From: Candidatus Heimdallarchaeota archaeon
GTDB lineage: Archaea > Asgardarchaeota > Heimdallarchaeia > Heimdallarchaeales > Kariarchaeaceae
Assembly (NCBI GenBank): GCA_015523565.1
Contig: WAKA01000193.1
Span: forward strand, 1,153 to 65,152
Direction of reading: 5' to 3'
Length of the DNA stretch: 64,000 nucleotides
A program made the translations under genes and the position numbers. This document shows positions 48,395 through 59,091 of this stretch, piece by piece. The number at the start of each line of letters is the position of its first letter. Within the stretch, counting starts at the first letter, position 1. Under the pieces are notes generated by a model. The model was not told the origin of the DNA. It did not search any database and saw nothing but the letters and a program-made list of their open reading frames with translations.

Positions 48395-49576
48395 CTAATC
48401 GATTTCTTGCTTAACCAATTTGGTCAAGCCAATGGCAATCAAAAACCAGATGGAGGCAAGAAAAAGGACAATTGGCACAGCAAAGTTATCCAGAAGGAAG
48501 CCTGTGTAGAGAGGCCCTATCACAATCAATCCCAGGTTGCTGACAGAGGCAAATATGGCAAACATGGTTGCGGCAACCTCAGTGGGTGAATATTCCATTG
48601 TAAGTTTGCTGTAAACTGCTACACTGCCCGTCAGGAGAAAGCCAAGAACAAAGAAAAAAATGGTGTAGAAAATATTGCCTTTGAGGAAAATGAAAAGAAG
48701 GGACCAGAAAAATGCACTCAACATTAGTACGTTTAAAACAAGCTTGGGTTCCTTGTCCTTGAAAAGTGCCATTACCAAGGCTCCAATTACGTTTCCCACG
48801 TAATACACCAGGGTATAGGACTTAATCGCATCATCGCTTATGTCAAGGTTGTCAAGAATTACACTTGCAAAACTGAACATGACTTGGCTACTGCCTATCG
48901 CAAAACCAAGCAACAAGACATATTTGACAGAGGGGGCTTCAAAAGCTATTTTTAATCCCCTCCTCAAATCAAGCTGGATTCCTTGGTACTTTGGCTCACG
49001 CAATGCAAGTGACGAGAATGTCGTGATAAAGTACACAATTGCGGCCAAGAGAAGAGGGGTTTGAAAATCTGCTTGATTCAATGCGATCGGCAACGCAAGA
49101 GCCGCCGCCAAAATCTGCCCCATTGCTCGACCGCCCCAAGCCGCGCTTTGCATAACCTGCTGGTGCTCTTTGGGCGTAATATCAACAACAAATCCATCCA
49201 AGGTGGCATCGGAAAATGCTGCAATGCTGGAAACAACAACCAAGACAATCAGATATGTGCCATTGAATTCAGTGAACTGAGAAAGGAGAACCCAAAGTGC
49301 ACCTCCCAATACTGAACACAGGAACAGATATGGTCTTCGTCTTCCTTTGCCAAAAAGCCGCACCTTATCTGTAATTGCCGCAAAGAAGAATTTCAGGAAC
49401 CAAGGAAGACCAGCAAGGGAAACAATGCCGCCCGCCTCTGTTTCACTCATCCCCAACCCTCGTGTCAAAAAGAGAGGGACGACAAGCAGAATTGTGGTCA
49501 GACTAAATCCTTCCCCAAAATAGAAGAAGAATTGTATGAATGGGATATAATCTTTCCAAGGAATTTCAGCTTCCAT
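48395..49576 (-). CDS. MFS-type transporter
   Basis: 393 aa, about 12 TM, with loop ITDKVRLFGKGRRRPYL after TM2. Confidence 0.7.
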   Translation of the reverse strand: MEAEIPWKDYIPFIQFFFYFGEGFSLTTILLVVPLFLTRGLGMSETEAGGIVSLAGLPWFLKFFFAAITDKVRLFGKGRRRPYLFLCSVLGGALWVLLSQFTEFNGTYLIVLVVVSSIAAFSDATLDGFVVDITPKEHQQVMQSAAWGGRAMGQILAAALALPIALNQADFQTPLLLAAIVYFITTFSSLALREPKYQGIQLDLRRGLKIAFEAPSVKYVLLLGFAIGSSQVMFSFASVILDNLDISDDAIKSYTLVYYVGNVIGALVMALFKDKEPKLVLNVLMLSAFFWSLLFIFLKGNIFYTIFFFVLGFLLTGSVAVYSKLTMEYSPTEVAATMFAIFASVSNLGLIVIGPLYTGFLLDNFAVPIVLFLASIWFLIAIGLTKLVKQEID

Positions 49577-49622
49577 TAGTTGTCAATCAGCATAGCGGAT
49601 ATAATTTTTTGTTTGAAAAAAA

Positions 49623-50683
49623 ATGGGAATTATTGTGACAAGAAGCTATTATGGTGGAACCTATGAAGATCTCCATGTTTTTGGGAGTGAAGGGGTGGAT
49701 GATTTAAGTGATATTGACGACGCAGATCCCAGTATCTATGACAGGACTGCCTATAGAGATGTAGATAAAGCACACTCCCTGATGGTATTGTCTGCCCTGA
49801 TGACTGTAGCACGGAACGTAAAGGTGGTATTTGTCAAATTGGACATAAAATTTGATGCAGACCCAACAGGAGATGGAGGATTTGCATTAAATGATGAAGA
49901 AATGTATGAATGGATAATCAACAACACCAAGAAATATAACATCAAGGTGATGACTACGAGTTTTGATAAATTTGGAATATTTATCAACAATTTCGGAGGT
50001 ATAGCAGATAAAGGTGTTTATATGATGGCCGCAATCGGAAATGATGGACTGATAAAGAATTCAGATCCTCAGTCTGATTACTATTTTCCAACCTACCTTG
50101 ATCAAGTGCATGGTATCGGATCTATTGATCATGAAGACCGTGGTGCCGTAAAGATTGTTGATTATATCAACGGCATCCCAATCAAAGAATATATTCCAGA
50201 CTACTACTCAGAAAAGGGGCATATAGTGGAGGGTCACTTTTTGGTCAAATCTATTGTGAACAAGAAAATGGGGAAGTAAACGAAACTCTCTGTTCATCTT
50301 ATGGTCCCGATGAGGAGAGGGGAATCTCTTATGTCATGCCTGGCAACGGAATTCCGCTTCTGGTTTCTAAAGACGACGATCCCGCAATCGGTTTCAAATA
50401 CTCACTCGGCACAAGCTTTTCGGCACCACTGTTTGCTGGAATTGTACTGATTGCACTCTATGCGTTCAGTCAAGGGTGGAAATCAAAAACCAATAAGGCA
50501 GTTGAATACCCCGATGTCGCGCAAATCGATCAGATTTTAAGGAAGGTATCATCTAGGTCATCATGGAACATCAGGCTGGGATGGGGATATGTCACAATCC
50601 CCGACCTCTACGAATACGCGTTCACGTTGGGTCAGTCCTCGGTTCCCACTGGCGGAGGTACATATGGGAGACGGTTACTCTGA
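49623..50683 (+). pseudogene. 5'-truncated and frameshifted copy of the subtilisin-like gene
   Basis: Homologous to 39251-40627 from about residue 145 onward (FGSEGVDDLSD, IGSIDHEDRG, MPGNGIPL, LGTSFSAPLF, RLGWGY). It lacks the signal peptide and the Asp motif. The reading frame changes by 1 nt at the A4G4 run 50211-50220, splitting it into ORFs 49623-50279 and 50336-50683. Confidence 0.7.
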
Positions 50684-50695
50684 GGTGATTTATCG

Positions 50696-51874
50696 ATGGG
50701 AAATAAAAAGACGTTCATCATATTGATTATGCTGGTGCTTTCAATGAACTCCATGGTGGGGGCTTTTGTTGAAAAATATCCTTTGGTGCCTGAAACCAAG
50801 GGACAGGCAAGCTATGGGTTCCCCCAAGTGATCAGTGTGGACTCCACTGCCTTCAGGTATTTCCTGAAAGATTATTATTACGAGCCACCAGCTTTGTTGA
50901 CATTAACCAACATCTCGGTCAGTGGCGTGTTCAGGTTTGTGATATTCTACAATGAAACTGATCCGATCCCTGCATCCTTCGATGAGGTAGTCGAGACATA
51001 TGATTCTTATTATCATCTCATAGACCCATACGAGGTATTGAATACATCCTACATGAGGAATGCATCTTACATAAGTTTTGCAGATTGGGATGTGCTTTTT
51101 GCGTCTCCAGGAAACCTCAGTAACAAGGTTGAAGTGTTGTCCCTTAATTTGACAATGTCGAGCGTTCAAATAGAGTTGGGCTTATTGTATGAAAAAGTGC
51201 GTGTTGCAATTTACTATGAAGGGGACGGGGTTACAACCTTCAACTACCGTGTGGATCAACTGGACAGGTTCGCCTACTTGATCAAGGGGAACACATACGA
51301 GATCGATTCTGGAGGATATCTGGATCTTCCGATGACCATGGAGCTCAAGTCATTCGTCGTGACCAACCTGACAGCCATAAAGGCAAAGGGCACATTGACC
51401 GTCGTCATCCTTTCCAACATAAATGAAGAGGTGAAGGACAACTATTGGAGCTATTTTTGGTCATACAAGAAGGGATACAACGCAGTTGAAAACAAAGACA
51501 TCTACTACAAGAAAGTTGACAAGGATCATAGGGACGAACTGCATTTCTTTCAGTTCAATGTCGATCAAGAGTTGGACAGGGCGAGTGCAAAAGCGTACAT
51601 CCAGTCAGGACAGGTGGCTGCCTCAAAGTATCTCGGCTATGAGCCTGATGACAACCCGATGGATTTCCGGTTGCTCATCTACTATTCTGGTACGGGGAAA
51701 GCCTCTTTCACGCTGGACGTGTACCAGTACCCGACAAGCTTTATAATTGTCGATGGTGCTGGTGACGGTTCTGCTAGTACCAAGGAAAATTCGCAGTTTC
51801 CCCTTTGGTTTGTCTGGTTTGCAATGTTGGCACTTCCAGCAATTCAGCACTTCAAGAGACGCATAAAGAAATAA
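50696..51874 (+). CDS. secreted two-domain protein with C-terminal TM anchor (distant homologue of 40632-42969 genes)
   Basis: Signal peptide MGNKKTFIILIMLVLSMNSMVGA. Domain-end motifs VAIYYEGDGVTTFNY and LLIYYSGTGKASFTL. C-terminal FPLWFVWFAMLALPAIQHFKRRIKK. Confidence 0.6.
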   Translation: MGNKKTFIILIMLVLSMNSMVGAFVEKYPLVPETKGQASYGFPQVISVDSTAFRYFLKDYYYEPPALLTLTNISVSGVFRFVIFYNETDPIPASFDEVVETYDSYYHLIDPYEVLNTSYMRNASYISFADWDVLFASPGNLSNKVEVLSLNLTMSSVQIELGLLYEKVRVAIYYEGDGVTTFNYRVDQLDRFAYLIKGNTYEIDSGGYLDLPMTMELKSFVVTNLTAIKAKGTLTVVILSNINEEVKDNYWSYFWSYKKGYNAVENKDIYYKKVDKDHRDELHFFQFNVDQELDRASAKAYIQSGQVAASKYLGYEPDDNPMDFRLLIYYSGTGKASFTLDVYQYPTSFIIVDGAGDGSASTKENSQFPLWFVWFAMLALPAIQHFKRRIKK

Positions 51875-52001
51875 GACCGTTACAACCTACAGAAAACGAG
51901 AACTGGAAATATAAGACAAGCAATTAAGGCATATATTTTGTTTGATTAGAATTTGTAGGGGAATTTTTATGGGGTAATGTTGACAGAAACACGTCAAATA
52001 T

Positions 52002-52901
52002 ATGAGATCTAGAGAAATGAAATTTGTGAGCATTGAATACAAAACCTTTGCAGGGGAGAAATATATCAGGACAGGTGGGGGTGTGAAGCTGAGGGTACTT
52101 CAATTCGGAGATGCGGGAAAACCTCATGTCCTGTTTCTTCCAGGATGGGTCACAAGGCTTGAAACAAATTACCCCATCATTGAACAGCTTGTTGAAAACG
52201 GATACTGCGTTGATTATGTGGAAACAAGGGACAAGAAATCATCAATCATTCCCGTAGAAAAAATGAAGCCTGAATATTTTACGATAGGAGAATCTGCAAA
52301 GGATGTTGAAATGCTCGTTGAAGGTCTTGGACTGCTTGACAAGGATTATTTCATGCTGACATCGTCCTATGGGGGAGTAATTGCATCTCATTTTATCAGG
52401 AATAATCAGGAAAACGAAAGCATACTCCCTAGGAAGATTATTTTCATGGTTCCTGCCTTGGAGATAAAGGCATCATTCTGGATGAAGATAGCCATAAGAA
52501 CACCTGTTTTCCTTCATAAGCCTGCCATCTGGCTCTTTGAGAAATATATGAAGTGGAAATTTGCGCATCCGGATGAACCTGAGGAACACTATAAATTCAA
52601 ATCCCAGCTATATGACTTTGAGATACGAAAAGTGCAACTCACTGCCATTGGAATTGACAAGTATGGGGGAAAGATGTTCCCGATCAAAAATTTTGATGGG
52701 AGATGCCTAGTTGTAGCCGCCACAAGGGATCTTCTTCATCCTATTGAAGAAATGGTTGCCTTTGCAGAAAGCATTGGCGCAGAGTTTGTTGATCTGCTGT
52801 CAAACAAATACACACATGGGCACGTTGGGGGAGAGCTTGCGGCTCGGTTCTTTCAGGGTCGTTCATTTGCGGATTTGGTTGAAGAAATCCACAATAATTG
52901 A
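52002..52901 (+). CDS. alpha/beta hydrolase fold protein
   Basis: VLFLPGW, nucleophile-elbow-like LTSSYGG and a late His (YTHGHVG). The start may instead be the Met at 52017. Confidence 0.6.
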   Translation: MRSREMKFVSIEYKTFAGEKYIRTGGGVKLRVLQFGDAGKPHVLFLPGWVTRLETNYPIIEQLVENGYCVDYVETRDKKSSIIPVEKMKPEYFTIGESAKDVEMLVEGLGLLDKDYFMLTSSYGGVIASHFIRNNQENESILPRKIIFMVPALEIKASFWMKIAIRTPVFLHKPAIWLFEKYMKWKFAHPDEPEEHYKFKSQLYDFEIRKVQLTAIGIDKYGGKMFPIKNFDGRCLVVAATRDLLHPIEEMVAFAESIGAEFVDLLSNKYTHGHVGGELAARFFQGRSFADLVEEIHNN

Positions 52902-52937
52902 CAAAACACATATCAAGAGGAAATTGATTTTTAGGAT

Positions 52938-53693
52938 ATGGAATTCCGCAAAGCCATTCTCAGGGAAGTACCTGATAGCTACAGAAGCTGTCTTTCAACG
53001 CATCCAATGCATGGAAATGTCAATGTCGAAAAGGCAAGGGAGCAACACAGGCAATACAGAAATGCCTTGGAAGAACTGGGGGTTGAAACAATCCTGCTAC
53101 CCAAATTGAATGAATTTCCAGATTCCTGTTTTGTGGAGGACAATGCGATTCTTCTTGGGAAACGTGCATTTATTACAAGAATGGGGGCATCTTCCAGAAG
53201 TGAGGAGACCAAGGCCATTGTTGATACATTGATGGAATTTTTTGAAATCAGGGATTGCCAAGCGCCAGGGACAATAGAGGGAGGAGATGTAATTACGTTG
53301 CAGGACAGGATGATTGCAGGCCTTAGCCAAAGGACGAACATGGATGGGGTCAGGCAGGCTGAGGAATGGTTGCAAAGAAAGTTCGATACGATTGAGGCAA
53401 GAGACATCATGCATTTGAAAAGCTATGTGACATTTGTTGGTGAGGACACATTTGTCTCGACTGAAAGGTTTGCAGACCATCCTACCCTTCAAGGCTCAAA
53501 GGTCATTGTGGTTCCGAAAGACGAGGAATATGGGGCAAATACATTGGAAGTGAATGGGGTTGTACTTCTATCCAGCAATGCACCAAATCTCAAAAAGGAA
53601 CTTAAGGCAGAGGGGTTTGAAACAGAAACTCTTGAAATGACTCAGTTCGAGTATTGCGATGGTGCCTTGACCTGCCTATCACTTAGATTTTAG
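52938..53693 (+). CDS. dimethylarginine dimethylaminohydrolase (DDAH)/amidinotransferase-fold enzyme
   Basis: 251 aa with DSCFVED, IEGGDVI, MHLKSY and a C-terminal catalytic-Cys context, [11 protein letters not shown]. Confidence 0.7.
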   Translation: MEFRKAILREVPDSYRSCLSTHPMHGNVNVEKAREQHRQYRNALEELGVETILLPKLNEFPDSCFVEDNAILLGKRAFITRMGASSRSEETKAIVDTLMEFFEIRDCQAPGTIEGGDVITLQDRMIAGLSQRTNMDGVRQAEEWLQRKFDTIEARDIMHLKSYVTFVGEDTFVSTERFADHPTLQGSKVIVVPKDEEYGANTLEVNGVVLLSSNAPNLKKELKAEGFETETLEMTQFEYCDGALTCLSLRF

Positions 53694-56069
53694 CTTTTTC
53701 TTGCGGAAACGGGAAAGCAGTGCCATTGGGATGACAACTAGAACTGGAAGATATCGTATTCCCGCAGATCGTGAGGCGGTTTGGGTAACTGTAACATTCT
53801 GTGTCGTCGTTGTGGTTTGGGTGATGGTCTGCTGAACCGTCGTGGTATTCCAGAGTTGTTCCGTTGTTGTAATGGTGATGCCCGTATTCGGAATGGGCAA
53901 TGCTATAGAGACAGGAAGGCTTAGTGAAGATTCACCTGCGGAATTGACCGCGGTAACGGCATAGGAATACTGGATATTCGGAACAACAGATACGTCAAGA
54001 TAGGTTGTGGCATTTGATTGACCGATCAATTCATATCCGACCCCATCATCCTTGTAAATATTGTAGTACAGGATCGAGGCACCGCCAGTGGCTGATGGCG
54101 GATCCCAGAACAAGAAAACACTGCCGTTGGAATTTATTGCAATCAAGGATTGGGGAGGGCTGGGGGGAACTGATGGAATTGTAACAATGACAACATTGGA
54201 GTTGCCGCTTTCCACAATCCCATTGTATGACCTAACGAAATATGAATAAGAGACCCCAAATTCGATATTTCCGTCAAAAAAGGATGACTGAACCGAAGTG
54301 CCGATTTGAGCAAAACCAGTACCGTCTGATCGAAAGATTCTATATTCCTGTATTGGAGACCCACCATCATAGCTTGGCGGTAGCCACTGTAAAAGCACGC
54401 CAGATGAATTTGATGTTGCCGTCAGGGACATGGGCACTGGAGTATACAAACCACCGTCCTTGATTTCCCATCCATAGGTCTGGATTATGGATTGCCTACC
54501 AAGGAAACCAACAGTTGAGTATTTTGCATCCCCCACACCAAAAGTCACGTTGGACTGCAAAGCCAGACCGCGCCATCCCGTTAACAGATCATCATAGTTT
54601 TGGGGCGAAATTGAAGTGTCATTCAGCATGTCATCCATCGAAACAACGAGAGAAACATTCCAAGAACCAAGGGGCTGGTCAAAAGCAAGCGCACCAAAAA
54701 ACATGGAGGACATGTCCGTAACGGATGAGGTATCCCAAGTTCCCAAGGGTTGGTTGAATGAGCTGGCTCCGTAAAACATGAAAGACATGTCAGAGACTTT
54801 TGAGACGTCCCATTGATCCAAGGGCTGATTGAAGGAGACGGCACCTGCAAACATCGAACGCGTTTTTACTGTATTTGACATGTCCCATGAATTTAGGCTT
54901 TGGTTGAATGCAGATGCACCATTGAACAACAGGCTCATGTCACTTATTTTTGAGACATTCCAGTTGTCCAAAGGCTGATTGAATGAGGAGGCTCCAGAAA
55001 ACATGTAACGGATGGAAATCACATTGGAAGTGTCCCATGTGTTGAGGGAATGATTGAAGGACTGTGCATACTGAAACATGCCCTCCATAAAAGAAACAGA
55101 GGAAACATCCCAGTTTTCCAAAGGTTGGTCAAAGGCACTTGCATAGGCAAACATTTGCGTCATTTGTGCAACGGACGAGACATCCCATGACGACAAATCC
55201 TGATTGAAGGAGCTCGCAGAGAAAAACATGTATTTCATGGATGTAACTGAAGAAGTATTCCAAGACCCAATAGGCTGATTGAATGAACTTGCCCCTTGGA
55301 ACATTCCCTCCATTGATGTGACCGAAGATGTATCCCATGAGGAAATTGATTGATTGAAGGAGGACGTATCGGCGAACATATACATCATAGAGGTAACAGA
55401 AGAGGTATTCCATGCCCCAATAGGCTGATTGAATGTGGTGGCACCTCGAAACATGGAATCCATGTTAGTGATGGTGGATGTGTCCCATGAGTTCATGCTA
55501 CCTTGGTCTCCCAAGCTTTTGGCATTCTGAAAAGCACTTTCCAAGGTGGTGGTATTCGAAAGGTCAGGAGAGTCTGTAGCGGTTAGCACCATGTTTTCAG
55601 CACCATAGAAATAACCGCCGCCATTTCCCAGCCCAATGTTTCCCCACTGTTTCAATTCAACAATGAGAAGCCTATCCCCTGCGTTGTTGAAGTTCCAACC
55701 AACCAAGACACCATCAATGACAACCGTATAAACACCAGCAGTTGAATAGGTATGGGTAGCCTGTGTCCAGCTTGTGATTGTCTCGTTTGTACCATCACCC
55801 CAATCAATTGAGAAGTTGTATGTACCTGTACTTAACAAAGGAAGTGTGATACTTTTTCCTGAGGCACTAACCTTTGTAGTGTCCCATACAGTTACAAAAG
55901 CAGATTGGGGATAGGTTGTCAATATCTTCTGTGGGGGTTTCGTCATTGCAAGGGATGATGCAGGAACAAGCATCACCGCAACGATCAATAATCCTGTCAA
56001 GATGATTTTTGGATGCACAATATTTACCTGTTGAAAAAATATTAAAACATTGGCAATTGAATGACACAT
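53679..56069 (-). CDS. BspA/DUF285-type leucine-rich-repeat surface protein with two FN3 domains and C-terminal TM anchor
   Basis: About 12 repeats of ...[11 protein letters not shown][LI]..W[DN][TV]S.V..M... They are followed by two FN3-like modules ([20 protein letters not shown] and [20 protein letters not shown]), a Thr-rich linker, a TM segment and a basic tail. Start taken as ATG 56069; the ORF is open to a TTG at 56081. Confidence 0.8.
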   Translation of the reverse strand: MCHSIANVLIFFQQVNIVHPKIILTGLLIVAVMLVPASSLAMTKPPQKILTTYPQSAFVTVWDTTKVSASGKSITLPLLSTGTYNFSIDWGDGTNETITSWTQATHTYSTAGVYTVVIDGVLVGWNFNNAGDRLLIVELKQWGNIGLGNGGGYFYGAENMVLTATDSPDLSNTTTLESAFQNAKSLGDQGSMNSWDTSTITNMDSMFRGATTFNQPIGAWNTSSVTSMMYMFADTSSFNQSISSWDTSSVTSMEGMFQGASSFNQPIGSWNTSSVTSMKYMFFSASSFNQDLSSWDVSSVAQMTQMFAYASAFDQPLENWDVSSVSFMEGMFQYAQSFNHSLNTWDTSNVISIRYMFSGASSFNQPLDNWNVSKISDMSLLFNGASAFNQSLNSWDMSNTVKTRSMFAGAVSFNQPLDQWDVSKVSDMSFMFYGASSFNQPLGTWDTSSVTDMSSMFFGALAFDQPLGSWNVSLVVSMDDMLNDTSISPQNYDDLLTGWRGLALQSNVTFGVGDAKYSTVGFLGRQSIIQTYGWEIKDGGLYTPVPMSLTATSNSSGVLLQWLPPSYDGGSPIQEYRIFRSDGTGFAQIGTSVQSSFFDGNIEFGVSYSYFVRSYNGIVESGNSNVVIVTIPSVPPSPPQSLIAINSNGSVFLFWDPPSATGGASILYYNIYKDDGVGYELIGQSNATTYLDVSVVPNIQYSYAVTAVNSAGESSLSLPVSIALPIPNTGITITTTEQLWNTTTVQQTITQTTTTTQNVTVTQTASRSAGIRYLPVLVVIPMALLSRFRKKKLKSK

Positions 56070-56104
56070 TAACCTTTCCAAAGGCGATACAGATAGGAGG
56101 CATC

Positions 56105-56116
56105 ATTTAAATTATA
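56105..56116 (-). promoter_or_regulatory. TATA-like box of the BspA-like gene
   Basis: The minus strand reads TATAATTTAAAT, about 36-47 nt upstream of ATG 56069. Confidence 0.4.
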
Positions 56117-56143
56117 GTGGCATTGCAATCTTTTGTTGTGCAA

Positions 56144-56287
56144 ATATTGCCAACCTGTAAGAGTTTGATATTACCAACCTGTAAGAGTTTGATATTACCA
56201 ACCTGTAAGAATTTGATATTACCACCCTGCAAGAGTTTGATATTACCAACCTGCAAGAGTTTGATATTACCAACCTGCAAGAGTTTG
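56144..56287. repeat. 6 x 24-bp perfect-register tandem repeat
   Basis: The unit is ATATTACCAACCTG[T/C]AAGAGTTTG. Copies start at 56144, 56168, 56192, 56216, 56240 and 56264. Copies 1-3 carry CTGTAAG and copies 4-6 carry CTGCAAG. A degenerate partial seventh copy runs into the stop codon at 56292. Confidence 0.95.
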
Positions 56288-56291
56288 AATA

Positions 56292-57635
56292 TCAATTTGC
56301 CATGTCCACAATAAAGTACTTTTGAAAATGATCAATCAGGAAAGGCTTGAAAAATGATTTATACTCTTCCTGTGAGGGAAGCCTTCCCTTGAATTTTTCA
56401 AAAAAACCGTTGGATATCACGTCAGCCATGAACATTTGCATTTCTGTCCTTAATTCGTTGGTTTCCCGATCCGCAATGAGCAATAGAGACAATCCGTTTT
56501 CATTCTCTATCAGAACAGTCTGGGATCCATGCTGGATTTGCTTCATTTCCTCCGATGTTTTGAGGGTTTCTTTCATTGAAGATGAGACAGCGGATACAAG
56601 TGCAGAGAGCATCATTTGGCCTGATTGGGAAAATATGGTTGTAGAAATCCCCTCTTGGATTTTTTTGCTGGACTGGGAGAATATCAAAGTCCCATCCAAT
56701 ATCACTAAGATAACATCAACTGTAGGACGGAAGGTCAAGTCGCAATATTTCAGAAAGGTGTTGGCACAGTCAAGTATCTGGGCTTTTGATAGCTTGTTTG
56801 TTTTCAACAGTTCTAAAACCTCAACAATTTCCATGTCCTCACGGGTGATGTTTTGGTTTCTGGAGAACAATGAGATGATCTTGTCCAGAATGTGATGCAT
56901 TTCAGGAGTTATTCTTTTCTTGGACTGAATGATAATGGACATTGCCCTTATTGCATTGACAATGAAGTTTTTTGATGCCATATAGTTGGATTGCCAACTT
57001 AAGGCTTCGGCTCCGTTCAAATATGCATGAGCCAGCCTATACCCTGAAAATTCCAGAATTCTTTCGTAGGCGATTTCCCATGACATGTTGGCATTGTTCT
57101 TTGCGATTGAGCGACCAATAACGGAGAGTTCGAAAACCTCAGAAGTTTCCTCCAAAATCTCAAACAATTCCACTGCATCATATATTCCCCATAATTGAAG
57201 GGCGGGATCAATCTGGAATGTCTTGCCAATTGAGATCATGCTTTTGTAAAGGTCTATTGCAGTTTGATAGATTTTTTTCTCGGCAAACAGTTTTGCCATG
57301 AAAATTAGGATATGATAAAGCTTGGAATAAAGAGCCAAGGGCAAGTGGGTTTCTGAAAGCAGTTGATTGATGTAATCCTTTACCACTGCCAATATCTGAA
57401 AAAGAAATGCATCATCCTTGCAATTCTTGATGGCAAATTCAATAAGATTGAGTTTTAGGTCCAAATCCAACCAATCAAAACTTGTGGTGCAGATTTCGGT
57501 AGTGAAATCAAGAAGTGATGCACCCGATCCATCAGAAATTATTTGATTCAACGTATTGACAAGCTCAGTTCTTTTGGCATCAGGATCAGAATTGTGTGCA
57601 TCAATGTCCGAAATAATCTTAAAACCAACCTCCAT
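56292..57635 (-). CDS. hypothetical protein: helical N-region plus C-terminal Roadblock/longin-like domain; paralogue of 31731-33077
   Basis: 447 aa, collinear with 31731-33077 and sharing the same conserved blocks. Confidence 0.6.
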   Translation of the reverse strand: MEVGFKIISDIDAHNSDPDAKRTELVNTLNQIISDGSGASLLDFTTEICTTSFDWLDLDLKLNLIEFAIKNCKDDAFLFQILAVVKDYINQLLSETHLPLALYSKLYHILIFMAKLFAEKKIYQTAIDLYKSMISIGKTFQIDPALQLWGIYDAVELFEILEETSEVFELSVIGRSIAKNNANMSWEIAYERILEFSGYRLAHAYLNGAEALSWQSNYMASKNFIVNAIRAMSIIIQSKKRITPEMHHILDKIISLFSRNQNITREDMEIVEVLELLKTNKLSKAQILDCANTFLKYCDLTFRPTVDVILVILDGTLIFSQSSKKIQEGISTTIFSQSGQMMLSALVSAVSSSMKETLKTSEEMKQIQHGSQTVLIENENGLSLLLIADRETNELRTEMQMFMADVISNGFFEKFKGRLPSQEEYKSFFKPFLIDHFQKYFIVDMAN

Positions 57636-57920
57636 CTATTATGACTAAAGTTTGTTTTGCAACTCTTAAATTTTTTGAGATGCAAGCCAAATTTTGGAAA
57701 AGAAGGAGGAGGTTCTATACTAACTCCAATCCCATCCAGATCTATACAACCATTTGAGGCAGAAATTCAAAACAGTTTGTTTTCATTGCCAGCAACGACC
57801 CATTCTAGACTATTCGTAATATGCAATCCTTGCAAAGGAACTTGTCGGCAAAACTTTTTTATAATAGTCATGCGCAAAATAATATGCATCTATCGAAGGG
57901 GAGGGTGCCCCTTGAAAATC

Positions 57921-59090
57921 ATGAACATAGGAATTGTCAAGAATAAATTCGCCCCATGCATTTCTGTTGAGACCAAAGCGTCAAAATTGTTCCTGGATTG
58001 TGGCAAAATACAGAAAAACACACCCAGCATTCCGAATTTTGATGCTTTGGATGCTAAAATATCGGATTATGACATGATCTTTGTCAGTCACCTTCATTGG
58101 GATCATTTCGGGGGCGTCCAATACCTATGGGAAAACGGATTTGAAGGACAAATCATAGTCAGCAGGGAAACTGGTCATATTCTGAAAAGTTGGATTCAAA
58201 ATGGGGATATGGGGATATCAAGGGAATACGGCTCATGGATTTCCCGACATCTACGGGTTCTGAATTATTTTGAAAGGACAGAATGCATAAGGAAGCTAGA
58301 ATTGACCCTATTTCCCTCTTGGCATTCAATTGGTGCAGCAATGCTTCATTTGGAAGATTTACAAAGTGGACACACACTGCTCTATACAGGGGACATGGGA
58401 TTGGGGGATGAAGCCACCACTCGCATGATCAATGACAGAATAGAGCTAGTGATTTTTGATGGGAGTCTTTTTCAACTCAAGAAATCCAATGACCAACACC
58501 AAATTTTGCTCAAGCTGGGAAAGATCGTTGCCTCTGTCTTGAACTCATATATGAGTGTGGTTTTCCCCTTGTTCAAACTTCCATCCTTGATTCTTGTAAG
58601 ATATTTCTCAGAAATGCTTCGTGCAGGACAGTTCAATCCCATGACAAGGATATACCTTGACAAGGGATTTTTTGGCAGTGACTTGCCCATTTTTCCTGAA
58701 AATGTCAAAATTGTGAAAGACATGAAAACAATAGGTTCCCCTGCCATAATCTTCACCATTGACAAAGATGTGGAGATTCCGAACAGTATTACCATTTTTA
58801 CCGCTTTTGGGAACAATGGCGATGATTTGGAGAATTTCTATATCAGCAAGGAATTCATTGATTGGGGAGATCACAAGGGTAAATCATTCAAATTCCCATT
58901 CACCAATCATTTCACAAGACACCAAGGGAAGGAATTCTTCAGCAATATATCATGCAGAATTGCAGTTCCTTTCTTTTCAACAGACTATGGGATGTCCAAC
59001 CACTTGAAGAGTTGGTGGGAAAGGGAAATTTCCAATGGAGCCAATGAACCAACCTTCCAGATGTTTGGAGAAAATCCAATAATGCTATGA
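57921..59090 (+). CDS. metallo-beta-lactamase fold protein (beta-CASP-like)
   Basis: Trimmed to MNIGIVKNKF, with GGGGAGGGTG upstream and a TATA-like TTTTATAATA at 57857-57866. Carries VSHLHWDHFGG (HxHxDH) and LLYTGDMG. Confidence 0.65.
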   Translation: MNIGIVKNKFAPCISVETKASKLFLDCGKIQKNTPSIPNFDALDAKISDYDMIFVSHLHWDHFGGVQYLWENGFEGQIIVSRETGHILKSWIQNGDMGISREYGSWISRHLRVLNYFERTECIRKLELTLFPSWHSIGAAMLHLEDLQSGHTLLYTGDMGLGDEATTRMINDRIELVIFDGSLFQLKKSNDQHQILLKLGKIVASVLNSYMSVVFPLFKLPSLILVRYFSEMLRAGQFNPMTRIYLDKGFFGSDLPIFPENVKIVKDMKTIGSPAIIFTIDKDVEIPNSITIFTAFGNNGDDLENFYISKEFIDWGDHKGKSFKFPFTNHFTRHQGKEFFSNISCRIAVPFFSTDYGMSNHLKSWWEREISNGANEPTFQMFGENPIML

Positions 59091-59091
59091 T

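Noticed and set aside
56144-56287. Possible CRISPR array
   Set aside because: The repeats are directly contiguous with no spacers, the unit is only 24 bp, and no cas genes are in the window.
56107-56314. ORFs 56107-56295 (-) and 56117-56314 (+) encoding repetitive peptides (LQVGNIKL... and ILPTCKSL...)
   Set aside because: Both are simply the 24-bp (8-codon) tandem array read in open frames. They have no start context and lie in an intergenic promoter region.
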